Positions 43,901-58,900 of a DNA stretch of 64,000 bases are shown one piece after another. The position numbers and the translations under genes were made by a program. The stretch's first letter is position 1. Each line of letters begins with the position of its first letter. The notes under the pieces are model-generated. The model searched no databases. It was not told the origin of the DNA and saw only the letters and a program-made list of their open reading frames with translations. The stretch lies in assembly GCF_009914755.1 (NCBI RefSeq), contig NC_060940.1, one strand, 5' to 3'. This DNA is from the human T2T-CHM13v2.0 reference genome, Homo sapiens.

Positions 43901-46900
43901 ATTCGAGGCTATTCGATCATCCCATTTTAGTGCATTCGGTGATTCTCTTTTATTACATTCGATGAGGGCTCCATTCGAGTCCATTCAATGATTCCATTAG
44001 ATTCCACTCGATGATGATTCCATTTGAGTCCATTCAAAGATTCCTTTCGAGTCCATTCGATAATTCTATTGGATTCCACTAGGTGATGATTCCTTTCGAG
44101 TCAATTCGATGATTCCTTTCAAGTGCCTTCAATGATTCCATTCGATTCCATTCGATGACGATTCATTTCAAGTCCATTCAATGGTTCCATTCTGTTGAAT
44201 TTGATGGTTCCATTTGATTCCATTCGATGATGATTCCATTCGTGTCCATTGGATGATTCCATTCGATTCCTTTCGAGGAAGATTCCATTCGACTCCATTC
44301 GATGATTCCGTTCGATTCCATTCCATGATGATTCCATTTGATTCCATTCCATGATTCCATTCGATACCATTCGATGATGATTCCATTCGACTCCATTTGA
44401 TGAATCCATTCAATGCTTCCATTCGAGTCCATTCGATGATTCCATTCGATTCCATTCCATGAAGATTCCATTCGAGTACATTTGATGATTCCATTTAATT
44501 CCATAGGATGATGATTCTATTAGGGTCCGTTGACTATTCCATTCAATTCCATTCGAAGATTCCATTCGAGTCCACTCGATGATTCTATTTGATTCCATTT
44601 GATAATTCCATTCGATTCCATTTGATGTTGATTCCATTCGAGTCCATTCGATCATTATTACATTTGATTCTATTCGATGATTCCATTCGATTCCATTTGA
44701 TGAGGATTCCATTCGAGACCATTTGATGATTCCATTCAATTCCATTGGATGATTCCAATATTTTCCATTAGATGATGATTCCATTCGATTCCATTCAATG
44801 ATGATTCCATCAGAATCCATTCGATGATGACTCCTTTTGCTTCCATTCAATGATCATTACATTCGGTTCCATTCGATGATGATTCCTTTGGATTCCATTC
44901 GATGATGCTTCCATTCGATTCCATTTGATGATGATTCTTTTCGATTCCATTTGATGATGATTCCATTTGATTCCATTCGATGGTGATTCCATTTGATGAT
45001 TCCATTCGATTGTATTCGATGATGATTCCACTCGATTCTATTTGATGATGACTGCATTCGATTCCATTTGATGATTCCATTTGATTCCATTCGATGATGA
45101 TTCTGATCAATTGCATTCGATGATCCATTCGATTCCATTTGATGGTTCCATTTGATTCCATTTGATAATGATTCCTTTCGAGTCCATTCGATGATTCCAT
45201 TTGCGGATATTCGATAATTCCATTTGAGTCCAACCGATGATTCCATTCGAGGCCATTCAATCATTCTTTTTGAGTCCTTTCGATAAAGATTCCATTTTAG
45301 TCCATTCAATAATTCCACTGGAGTCCATTCGATGATTGCTTTTAATTCCATTCGATGATATTCCATTCGAGTCCATTCGATGATTCCATTCGTTGCTATT
45401 AGATGATGATTCCATTCATGACCATTTGGTGATTCCATTCGATTTCATTCGTTGATGATTCCATTCGAGTCCATTCCATGATTCCATTCAAGTCCATTTG
45501 ATGATTTCTTTGAATTCAATTCGATGATGATTCCATTCGAGTCCATTCGATGATTCCATTCAGTTCCATTCGATGATGATTCCTTTCGAGACCATATGAT
45601 GATTCCATTTGATTTCATTCGATGATGATTCCATTCGATTCCATTCGATGATTCCATTCTATTCCATTCGATGATGATTCCATTCGAGTCCATTTAATGA
45701 TTCCATTGGGTTCAATTCAATGATGATTACATTGGATTCTCTTCTATGATACCATTCAATTCCGTTCATTGACAATTTGATTCCATTCGATGATGATTCC
45801 ATTTGAGTTCATTCGATGATTCTATTCGATTCTCTTCGATGGTGATTCAATTCTATTATATTGGATGATTCCATTCGATTCCATTTGATGTTGATTCAAT
45901 TCGATTCTATTCGATGATGATTCCATTGGATTTCATTTGATGATTCTATTCGATTCCATTCAATGATGATTCACTTCTCGTCCATTGGATGATTCCATTT
46001 CATTCCATTCGATGATGATTCCATTCGATTCCATTCGATGATTCCATTTGATTCCATTCGACGGTGAGCAATTCGATTCAATTCCATGATGATTCTATTT
46101 GATTCAGTTAGATGATGTTTCCATTCGAATCCATTCCATGATTATTCCATTGGAATCCATTCGGCGATGATTCCATATGAGTCAATTCAATGATGCTTCC
46201 ATATGGGTCAGTTCGATGATAATTCCATTTGATTTCATTCGATGCTTCTATTCAATTCCAGTCGATGATGATTCCGTTGGAGTCCATACGATGACTCCAT
46301 TTGATTTCATTTGATGATGATTCCATTCGATTCCATTCGATGACTCCATTCTGTTCCATTCGATGATGATTCCATTCGAGTCCATTCGATGATTCCATTC
46401 GAGTCCATTTCATGATTCCATTGGGTTCAATTCGATGATGATTACACTGGATTCCATTCTATGATTCCATTCAATTCCATTCGTTGATGATTCGATTCCA
46501 TTCAATGATGATTCCATTTGAGTTCATTCGATGATTCTATTCGATTCCGTTCGATGGTGATTCAATTCTATTATATTGGATGATTCCATTCGATTCCATT
46601 TGATGATGATTCCATTCGATTCCATTCGATGATGATTCCATTTGATTCCATTTGATGTTGATTCTATTCGATTCTATTCAATGATGATTCCATTCGATTT
46701 CATTTGATGATTCTATTCGATTCCTTTCGATGATTCTATTCCATTCCATTCGATGATGATTCAATTCTCTTCCATTGGATGATTCCATTTTATTCCATTC
46801 GACGATGACTCCATTTGATTCCATTCAATGATGATTCCATTCGATTCCATTCGGTGATTCCATTTGATTCCATTCGACGGTGAGCAATTTGATTCAATTC

Positions 46901-49891
46901 CATAATGATTCTATTTGATTCAATTAGATGATGTTTCCATTCGAATCCATTCGGTGATGATTCCATTGGTATCCATTCGACCATGATTCCATATGAGTCA
47001 ATTCGATGATGATTCCATACGAGTCCGTTGGATGATAATTCCATTTGATTTCATTCAATCCTTCTATTCGATTCCATTTGATGATGATTCCATCTGAATC
47101 CATTCTCCGATTCCATTCGATTTCATTCGATGCTTCTATTTGATTTCATTCGAAGATGATTCCTTTCAATTCCGTTCATTAATTCCATTTGATTCCATTC
47201 GATGATGATTCCATCCGATTCCATTGGATGATGATTCCATTCGAGTCCATTCGATGATTCCGTTCTAATCCATTCTATGATTCCATTTGAGTCCATTCGA
47301 TGATTCCATTCGATTCCATTCAGTGATGATTCCATTTGATTCCATCTGATGATGATTTCATTTGATTCCATTCGATGATGATTCCATTGGAGTCCATTGA
47401 ATGATTCAATTCAATTCCATTCCATGTGGATTCCATTCGAATTCATTCGATTATTCCCTTCAAATACCTTCGTTGATTCCATCTGATTCCACTTGACGAT
47501 GATTCCATTCAAGTCCAATCGATGATTCCATTCGGTTCCATTCAATGATTCCATTCGAGTCCATTTATGTATTATATTCGTGTCCACTTGATGACTCCAT
47601 TCAATTCCATTTAATGATGATTCCATTTGATTCCATTTGATGATTCAGTTCGATTCCTTACAATGATTCCCTACGATTCCTTTCTATGATGATTCCATTC
47701 GATTCCATTCATTGATGATTCCATTCGACTCCATTCGATGATGATTCCTTTCGATTCCATTTGACGATGTTTCCATTTGAGTCCATTCGATGATGATTCC
47801 ATTGGTATCCATTCGACGATGATTCCATATGAGTCAATTCGATGATGATTCCATACGAGTCCGTTGGATGATAATTCCATTTGATTTCATTCAATCCTTC
47901 TATTCGATTCCATTTGATGATGATTCCATCTGAATCCATTCTCCGATTCCATTCGATTTCATTCGATGCTTCTATTTGATTTCATTCGAAGATGATTCCT
48001 TTCAATTCCATTCATTAATTCCATTTGATTCCATTCGATGATGATTCCATCCGATTCCATTGGATGATGATTCCATTCGAGTCCATTCGATGATTCCGTT
48101 CTAATCCATTCTATGATTCCATTCGAGTGCATTCGATGATTCCATTCGATTCCATTCAGTGATGATTCCATTTGATTCCATCTGATGATGATTTCATTTG
48201 ATTCCATTCGATGATGATTCCATTGGAGTCCATTGAATGATTCAATTCAATTCCATTCCATGTGGATTCCATTCGAATTCATTCGATTATTCCATTCAAA
48301 TCCCTTCGTTGATTCCATCTGATTCCACTTGACGATGATTCCATTCAAGTCCAATCGATGATTCCATTCGGTTCCATTCAATGATTCCATTCGAGTCCAT
48401 TTATGTATTATATTCGTGTCCACTTGATGACTCACTCCATTCAATTCCATTTAATGATGATTCCATTTGATTCCATTTGATGATTCAGTTCGATTCCTTA
48501 CAATGATTCCCTACGATTCATTTCTATGATGATTCCATTCGATTCCATTCATTGATGATTCCATTCGACTCCATTCGATGATGATTCCTTTCGATTCCAT
48601 TTGACGATGTTTCCATTTGAGTCCATTCGATGATGATTCAATTCAGTTCTGTTCTATTGTGAATCCATTCGATTTCATTCAATGCTTCTATTTGATTCCA
48701 TTCGACGATGATTCCATCTCTTTCCCTTCGATGATTCCATTTGATTCCATTCAGTGATGATTCCATTTGATTCCATCTGATGATGATTTCACTTGATTCA
48801 TTTCAATGATGATTCCATTCAAGTCCATTCGATGATTCCATTGGAGTCCAAACGATCATTCCATTCGATTCCATTCAATGATGATTCCATTCATGTCCAT
48901 TCAATGATTCCTTTCAATTCCATTCGATGATGACTCCATTCGAGTACATTCGATGATTCCATTTGATTCCATTTGATGATGATTACATTCAATTCCATTC
49001 GAAGATGATTCCATTCAATTCCACTTGATGATGATTCCGTATGAATCCATTCGCTGATTATTCCATTCGATTCCATTCATTGACGATTCCATTCGATTCC
49101 ATTCAATGATGATTCTCTTCTATTGCATTCGATGATTCCGTTCGATTCCATTCGATGATGATTCCATTAGATTCCATTCGATTGTTGCATTCGATTCCCT
49201 TCGATGATGATTCCTTTGAATTCCATTCGATTATGATTCCGTATGAATCCATTTGATGATTATTCCATTGGATTCCTTTCGATGATGATTCCATTCGATT
49301 CCATTTGATGATGTTTCTCATGTATTCCATTTGATAATTCCTTTCAATTCCCTTCGATGATGATTCTTTCGAGTCAATTCGATGATTCTATTCCATTCCC
49401 TTCGATGATGATTCCATTTCACTCCATTCGATGATTCCATTCGATTCAATTTGGTGATGATTCAATTCGATGACATTCGATGACTCCATTCAATTTCATT
49501 TGATGATGATTACATTCGAGTCCATTTGATGATTGTATTCCTTTCCTTTTGATGATTATTCCATTCGTGTCTATTCAAAGATTCCATTCTATTCCATTCA
49601 ATGATGATTCCAATTGATTCCATTCAATGATTATGGCTATCGATTCCACTCGTTGATTCCATTTGATTCCATTCGATGATTATTCCGTTAGATTCCATTA
49701 GGAGATTCCATTCGATTTTATTCAATGATTCCAATTGATTCCATTCAATGATGATTCCATTCCACTCCGTTCAGTGATTCCATTTGAGTCCATTTGAGGA
49801 TTCCATTCGAGTCCATTTGATGATTCCATTCTTTTCCATTTGATGATGATTCCATTAGGGTCCATTCAATGATTCCATTCGAGTCCATTCG
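37989..49891 (+). repeat. Higher-order repeat unit 4, truncated at unit position ~11,907, with diverging 3' tail
   Basis: Colinear with unit 1 at offset 37988, then 37984 after the ACTC indel at 47594. Variants accumulate from 46982. After 49891 the expected ttaatgcctttcg is replaced by sequence matching unit position ~1796. Confidence 0.92.
46955..48639 (+). repeat. 836/840-bp internal tandem duplication in HOR unit 4
   Basis: ORFs 47123/47959 at +836; the first copy lacks the extra ACTC at 47594 while the second copy retains it. Confidence 0.93.
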
Positions 49892-49999
49892 ATGATTCCA
49901 TTCGATTTCATTCAACGATGATTTGATTCGTGTCCATTCGATGATTCCATTTGATTCCACTTGATGATGATTCCATTCGAGTCCATTTGATGATTCCAT

Positions 50000-52900
50000 T
50001 CAATTCCATTCTCCGATGACTTCTTTTGAGCCCATTCAATGCTTCCACTCGATTCCATATGATGATGACTCCATTCGATGAAATTCGATGATGATTCCAT
50101 TCGCTTGCATTCGATGATGATTCCACTTGAGTCCACTAGAAGATTCTATTCAATTACATTCCAAGACGATTCCGTTCGAGTCCATTTGATGATTCCATTA
50201 GACTCCATTCGACGATGATTCCATTCGAGGTTATTCGATGATTCCATTCGATCTCATTCGATGATGATTCCATTCAACTCCATTCGATGTTTCCATTCGA
50301 GTTCATTCTATTATTCCATTAGATTCCATTCGATGATGATTCCATTCGATTCCATTTGATGATTGCATTCTATTTCATTTGATGATGATTCCATTCGAGT
50401 CCACTCGATGATTCCATTCGAGTCCACTCGATGATTCCATTCGAGTCCATTTAATGAATATATTGGTTTCAATTCTATGATGATTACATTGGATTACATT
50501 CGTTGATGATTTCATTCGGTTCCATTCAATGATGATTCCATTCAATTCCTTTCAATGTTTCCATTCAATTCCATACGATGATGATTCCATTTGATTTGAT
50601 TCGACAGTGGGCCATTCGATTCAATTCCATGATGATTCTATTTGATTCAATTGGTTGACATTTCCATTCGATTCCATTCGATGATGATTCCCTTTGATTC
50701 CGTTCAAAGATGATTCCATTCTAGCCCATTCAATCATTCCATTCGATTCTATTCAATGATGATTCCATTCATGTCGATTTGGTGATTCCATTTGACTTCA
50801 TTTGATGATGATTCCTTTCAAGTTCATTAGATGATTCCATTCGATTCCATTTGATGATGATCCCATTCGAGTCCATTCAGTGATTCCACTCGTTTCCATT
50901 CCATGATGATTCCATTCCATTCCATTCAATGATTCCATTCGATTCCGTTTGATGATGATTTCATTCGAGTCCATTTGATGATTCCATTTCATTCCATTCG
51001 ATGATGATTCCATTCGAGTCCATTTGATGATTCTATTCGAATCCATTTGATGATTTCTTTTGATTATAGTTGGTGATGATTCCATTGGAGTCCATTCAAT
51101 GATTCCATTCTATTCCAATCGATGATGATTCCATTAGAGTCCATTTAATGATTCCATTTGATTCCAGTCTCTGATGATTACATTCGAGTCCATACGATGA
51201 TTCCACTCAATTCCATATGATGATGATTCCATTCGATTCCATTCGATGATTCCATTCTATTCTATTCAATGGTGATTCCATTCGATTCCATTCAATGATG
51301 ATTCTATTTGTGTCCCTTAGATGATTCCACATGATTCCATTAGATGATGATACTATTTGAGCCCATCCAATGATTCCCTTCGATTCCATTCGATGAGGAT
51401 TCCATTCGATTCAGTTCATTGGTGATTCTATTCAATTCAATTCTTTGATTCCATTCCATTCCATTCGACAATGATTCCATTCGATTTCTTTCGATGATTC
51501 CACTCGATTCCACTTGACATTGATTCCCTTCGATTCCATTCAATGATTCCATTTGATTCCAGTGGATGATGATTGCCATCGATTCCATTCGATCACTCCA
51601 TTCTATTCCATTTGATGATGATTACATTCGATTCCATTTGACGATTCCATCTGATTCTATTCGAGGATTCCATTTGATTCCATTCGATGATGATTCCATT
51701 CGAGTCCATTCGATGATTTCATTCGAGTACATCCAATGATTCCATTCGAGTCCATTTGATGATTCCATTTGATTCCATTTGATAATGATTCTACTAGAGG
51801 CCATTCAATGACTCCATTGGAGTCCATTCAACAATTCCATTCGACTCCATTTGATGATTCCATTCGATTCCATTTGATGATTCCATTCGAGTCCATTTAA
51901 TCATTACAGTCGAGTCCATTTGGTGATTCCACCGGATTTCTTTTGATAATGATACCATTCAATTACATTTGATGATGATCCCATTCAATTTCATTTGATG
52001 GTGATTCCATTAGAGTCCATTCGATGATTTCATTCGAGTCCCTTCATTGATTCCATCCGATTTCATTGGATGATGACTCCATTCGAGTCCATTCGATGAT
52101 TCCACTCGATTCCATTAGATGATTCCATTGGAGTCCATTTGATTGTTCCATTCGATTCCATTCGATTCCTTTCGAAGATTATTCCATTTGAGTCCATTCG
52201 ATGATGATTCCATTCCATTCCATTCGATGATTCCGTTTGATTCCATTCGATGATTCCCTTCGATTCCTTTCTTTGATGATTCCATTCCATTCCATTCAAT
52301 GATTCCATTCGAATCTATTCCATGATGATTCCTTTCGATTCCATTCGCTGATGTTTCCTTTCAATTCCATTCGATGATGATTCCATTCGATTCCATTCAT
52401 TGAGGATTCCATTTGATTCCATTCAATGATGATTCCGTTCTATTCCATTCAATGATTGCATTCAATTCCATTCAATGATTATCCCCTTAGAGTAAACTCA
52501 ACGATTCCATTCAATACCATTCGATGATGATTCCTTTTGAGTCCATTCAATGATTTCATTCAAGTCCATTTGATGATTCCTTTCAATTCCATTCTATGAT
52601 GATTCCATTCGAGTCCATTCGATGATTCCATTCGATTGCATTCGATGATTCCATTATATTCCAGTCAACGATGATTCCATTCGAGTCCATTCCATGATTC
52701 CATTAGAGTACATTTAATGATTGCTTTGTTTTCAATTCGAAGATGATTACATTGGATTCCATTCTATGATACCATTCGATTCCATTCAATGATGATTCCA
52801 CTCAAATCCATTGGATGATTCCATTCGTGTCCATTCGGTGATTTCATTAGATTCCATTCGAGGATGATTCCATTCGATTCCATTCGATGATTCCATTCAA

Positions 52901-55900
52901 TTCCATTCGATGATGATTCCATTCCAGTCCATATGATCATTCCATTTGATTTCATTCGATGATGATTCCATTCGATTCCATTCGATGATTCCATTCTATT
53001 CCATTCGATGATGATTCCATTCGAGTCCATTCGATGATTCCATTCGAGTCCATTTAATGATTCCATTGGGTTCAATTCAATGATGATTACATTGGATTCC
53101 GTTCTATGATTCCATTCAATTCCTTTCATTGACAATTTGATTCCATTCGATGATGATTCAATTTGAGTTCATTCGATGATTCTATTCGATTCTCTTCGAT
53201 GGTGATTCAATTCTATTATATTGGATGATTCCATTCGATTCCATTTGATGTTGATTCAATTCGATTCTATTCGATGATGATTCCATTGGATTTCACTTGA
53301 TGATTCTATTCGATTCCATTCAATGATGATTCACTTCTCGTCCATTGGATGATTCCATTTCATTCCATTCGATGATGATTTCCTTCGATTCCATGCGACG
53401 GTGAGCAATTCGATTCAATTCCATGATGATTCTATTTGATTCAATTAGATGATGTTTCCATTCGAATCCATTCCATGATTATTCCATTGGATTCCATTTG
53501 GCGATGATTCCATATGAGTCAATTCAATGATGATTCCATATGGGTCCGTTCGATGATAATTCCATTTGATTTCATTCAATGCTTCTATTCTATTCCAGTC
53601 AATGATGATTCCGTTGGAGTCCATACGATGATTCCATTTGATTTCATTTGATGATGATTCCATTCGATGATGATTACATTGGATTCCATTCTATGATTCC
53701 ATTCAATTCCATTCGTTGATGATTCGATTCCATTCAATGATGATTCCATTTGAGTTCATTCGATGATTCTATTCGATTCCGTTCGATGGTGATTCAATTC
53801 TATTATATTGGATGATTCCACTCGATTCCATTTGATGATTATTCCATTGGAGTCCACTTAGTGAATCCTTTAGATTCTACTCGAAGATGATTCCATTCGA
53901 GTCCATTCAATGATACCATTCAATTTCATTCGTTGATGCTTCCATTCAAGTGCATTCGATGATATCATTCGATTCCATTTGATGATAATTCCATTTGATT
54001 CCATGCGATGATTCTATTCGATTCCATTCAATGATAATTCCATTCAATTCAGTGATTCCTCTGGACTCCATTTGATGATGATACCATTCAATGATTCCAT
54101 TCGATTCTATTCCAAAATGATTCCATTTGAATCCATTTGATGATGATTCCATTAGATTCCATTTGATGATTCCATTCGATTGCATTTGACGATGATTCCA
54201 TTCGATTCCATTTGATGATTCCATTCTATTCTATTCGATGATGATTCCATTCGATTCCATTTGATGATGATTGGATTCGATTCCATTTGATGATTTCATT
54301 TGATTCCATTCGTTAATGATTTCGATCAACTCCATTCGATGATTCCATTTGATTCCATTCGATAATGATTACATCCGAGTCCATTCGATGATTCCATTTG
54401 AGCCCGTTCGATAATTCCATTTGAGTCCAATCAATGATTCCATTCATTTCCATTCAATGATTCCATTCGAGTCCATTTGATCATTCCGGTAGGGTCCATT
54501 CGATGTTGATTCCATTGGAGTGCATTCGATGATTCCATTCGAGTCCATTTTATGATTTGATTCGAGTCCTTTCGATGATTCCATTCGATTCCACTCGATG
54601 ATGATTTCATTCGAGTCCATTCGACACTTCCAATCGATTCCATTTGATGTTTCCATTCGAGTCCAATTGATGATTCCATTCAATTCCATTCGATGATGAT
54701 TCCGTACGATTCCATTCTGTGATGATTCCATGTGATTGCATTCAATGATGATTCCTTTCGACTGCATTTGATTATGATTCATTTCGTGTTCATTCTATGG
54801 TTCCACAGGTTTCCATTCGATGACGTTTCCGTTCGTGTCCATTCCATTATTCCATTCTATTTCATTTGATGATGATTCCATTCGATTCCATTCATTGGTG
54901 ATTCCACTCAATTCCATTCAATGATTCCATTCCATTTCTTTCAACAATGATTCCATTACTTTCTATTCGATGATCCACTTGATTCCATTTGGCGATGATT
55001 CCATTCGTGTCCATTCGATGATTCCATTTGATTCCATATGATGATGATTCCATTCGATTCCATACCATGATGATTCCATTCGAGTCCATTCAATGGTGAT
55101 TCCATTCAATTCCATTCGATGATTCCTTCCGATTCCATTCGATGATGATGGCATTCGATTCCTTTCAATCATTCCCTTTGATTCCATTCAAAGGTGATTT
55201 CATTCAAGTCCATTCGATAATTGCATTCGATTCCATTCTATGATGATTCCATTCGAGTCCATTTGATGATTCCATTCAATTCAAGTCAATGATGATTCCA
55301 TTTAATTCCACTCGATGATTCCATTGGATTCAATTCGATGATGATTCCATTCAAATCCATTCGATAATTCAATTCAAGTCCATTCGATGATGATTCCAAT
55401 CGAATCCATTCAAAGATTCCATTCAATTCCATTCGATGATGATTCCCTTAGATTCCATTCGATGATTCCACTTGATTCCATTTACGATGATTCCATTCGA
55501 TTCCATGTGATGAATCCATTCAATTCTATTCAATGATGTTTCCATTTGATTCCATTGGACCATGATTGCCTTTGATTCCATTCAATGATTCCATTCGGTT
55601 CCATTTGATGATGATTCCGTTCGATTCCATTTCATTATTCCATTTGATTCCATTGGATGAGTCCATTCGATTACATTCGATGATTATTCCATTCGAGTGC
55701 ATTAGATGATTGCATTCGAGTCCATTCGATGATTCCATTCGATTCCATTCGATGTTGATTCTGTTCAAATCCATTCGATGATTCCACTCGATTCCATTCG
55801 ATGACTCCATTTGATCCCATTCGATGATTTCCTGTGATTCCCTTTGATGATCATTCTATTTGATTCAATTCGGTGATTTCATTTCATTCCATTCAGTGAT

Positions 55901-58900
55901 GTTTCCATTCGACTGTATTCGATGATGATTCCATTCGACTCCATTCGATTATGATTTCATTCAATTCCATTCAATAATGATTCCCTTCGAGTCAATTCGA
56001 TGATTCCATTCGATTCCATTCAACGATGATTTGATTCGTTTCCATTCGATGATTCCATTTGATTCCACTTGATGATGATTCCATTCGAGTCCATTTGATG
56101 ATTCCATTCGAGTCTATTTATGTATTATATTCGTGTCCACTTCATGATTCCATTCAATTCCATTTAATGTTGATTCCATTTGATTCCATTTGATGATTCA
56201 GTTCGATTCCTTGCAATGATTCCCTACGATTCCTTTCTCTGATGATTCCATTCGATTCCATTCATTGATGATTTCATTCGACTCCATTCGATGATGATTC
56301 CTTTCGATTCCATTTGACGATGTTTCCATTCGAGTCCATTCGATGATGATTCTATTCAATTCTGTTCTATTATGATTCCATTCGATTTCATTCAATGCTT
56401 CTATTTGATTCCATTCGATGATGATTCCATCTCTTTCCCTTCGATGATTCCATTTGATTCCATTCAGTGATGATTCCATTTGATTCCATCTGATGATGAT
56501 TTCACTTGATTCCTTTCAATGATGATTCAATTCAAGTCCATTCTATGATTCCATTGGAGTCCAAACGATCATTCCGTTCGATTCCATTCAATGGTGATTC
56601 CATTCATGTCCATTCGATGAATCCATTCAATTCCATTCGATGATGACTCCATTCGAGTACATTCGATGATTCCATTTGATTCCATTTGAAGATGATTCCA
56701 TTCAATTCCATTCGAAGATGATTCCATTCAATTCCATTCGATGATGATTCCGTATGAATCCATTCTCTGATTATTCCATTCGATTCCATTCATTGACGAT
56801 TCCATTCAATTCCATTCAATGATGATTCTCTTCTATTCCATTCGATGATTCCGGTCGATTCCATTCGATGATGATTCCATTAGATTCCATTCGATTGTTG
56901 CATTCGATTCCCTTCGATGATGATTCCTTTGAATTCCATTCGATTATCATTCCGTATGAATCCATTTGATGATTATTCCATTGGATTCCTTTCGATGATG
57001 ATTCCATTCGATTCCATTTGATGATGTTTCTCTTGTATTCCATTGGATAATTCCTTTCAGTTCCCTTCGATGATTATTCTTTCCAGTCAATTCGATGATT
57101 CTATTCCATTCCCTTCGATGATGATTCCATTTCACTCCATTTGATGATTCCATTCGACTCAATTTGGGGATGATTCAATTCGATGACATTCGATGACTCC
57201 ATTCAATTTCATTTGATGATGATTACATTCGAGTCCATTTGATGATTGTATTCCTTTCCTTTTGATGATTATTCCATTCGTGTCTATTCAAAGGTTCCAT
57301 TCTATTCCATTCAATGATGATTGCATTTGATTCCATTCAATGATTATGGCTATCGATTCCACTCGTTGATTCCATTTGATTCCGTTCGATGATTATTCCG
57401 TTAGATTCCATTAGAAGATTCCATTCGATTTTATTCAATGATTCCAATGGATTCCATTCAATGATGATTCCATTCGACTCCATTCAGTGATTCCATTCGA
57501 GTCCATTTGATGATTCCATTGTTTTCCATTTGATGATGATTCCATTAGGGTCCATTCAATGATTCCATTCGAGTCCATTCGTTAATGCCTTTCGAGTCCT
57601 TTTGATCACTACATTCGAGTCCATTCAATGATTCTATTCGATTCCATTCCATGATGATTCCATTCGAGTTCATTCGATGATTGCATTCGAGTCCATTTGA
57701 TGATTCCATATGATTCCATTCGACAATGATTCCATTCGTGTCCATTTGATGATTCCATTCATTTCCTATCGATGAAGATTCCATTCAAGTGTATTCGATG
57801 ATTCCATTCAAATCCATTCGATGATGATTCCATTCCAGTCCATTCGATCATTCCACTTGATTCCATTTGATGACTATTCCATTCAAATCCATTTGATGAT
57901 TCCATTCGATTCCATTCGATGTTACCATTCGAGTATATACGATGATTCCACTCGATTCCATTTGATGATTATTCCATTGGAGTCCACTTAGTGAATCCTT
58001 TAGATTCTACTGGAAGATGATTCCATTCGAGTCCATTCGATGATACCATTCAATTCCATTCGTTGATGCTTCCATTCAAGTGCATTCGATGATATCATTC
58101 GATTCCATTTGATGATAATTCCATTTGATTCCATGCGATGATTCTATTCGATTCCATTCAATGATAATTCCATTCAATTCAGTGATTCCTCTGGACTCCA
58201 TTTGATGATGATTCCATTCAATGATTCCATTCGATTATATTCGAAAATGATTCCATTTGAATCCATTTGATGATGATTCCATTGGATTCCATTTGATGAT
58301 TCCATTCGATTCCATTCGATGATGATTCCATTCGATTCCTTTTGATGAATCCATTCTATTGTATTCGATGATGATTCCATTCGATTCCATTCGATGATGA
58401 TTGGATTCGATTCCATTTGATGATTTCATTTGATTCCATTCGATAAGGATTTCGATCAATTCCATTCAATGATTCCATTCGATTCCATTCGATAATGATT
58501 ACATCCGAGTCCATTCGATGATTCCATTTGAGCCCGTTCGATAATTCCATTTGAGTCCAATCAATGATTCCATTCATTTCCATTCAATGATTCCATTCGA
58601 GTCCATTTGATCATTCCGGTAGGGTCCGTTCGATGTTGATTCCATTGGAGTGCATTCGATGATTCCATTCGAGTCCATTTTATGATTTGATTCGAGTCAT
58701 TTCGATGATTCCATTCGATTCCACTCGATGATTTCATTCGAGTCCATTCGACACTTCCAATCGATTCCATTTGATGTTTCCATTCGATTCCAATTGATGA
58801 TTCCATTCAATTCCATTCGATGATGATTCCGTACGATTCCATTCTGTGATGATTCCATGTGATTGCATTCAATGATGATTCCTTTCGATTGCATTCGATT

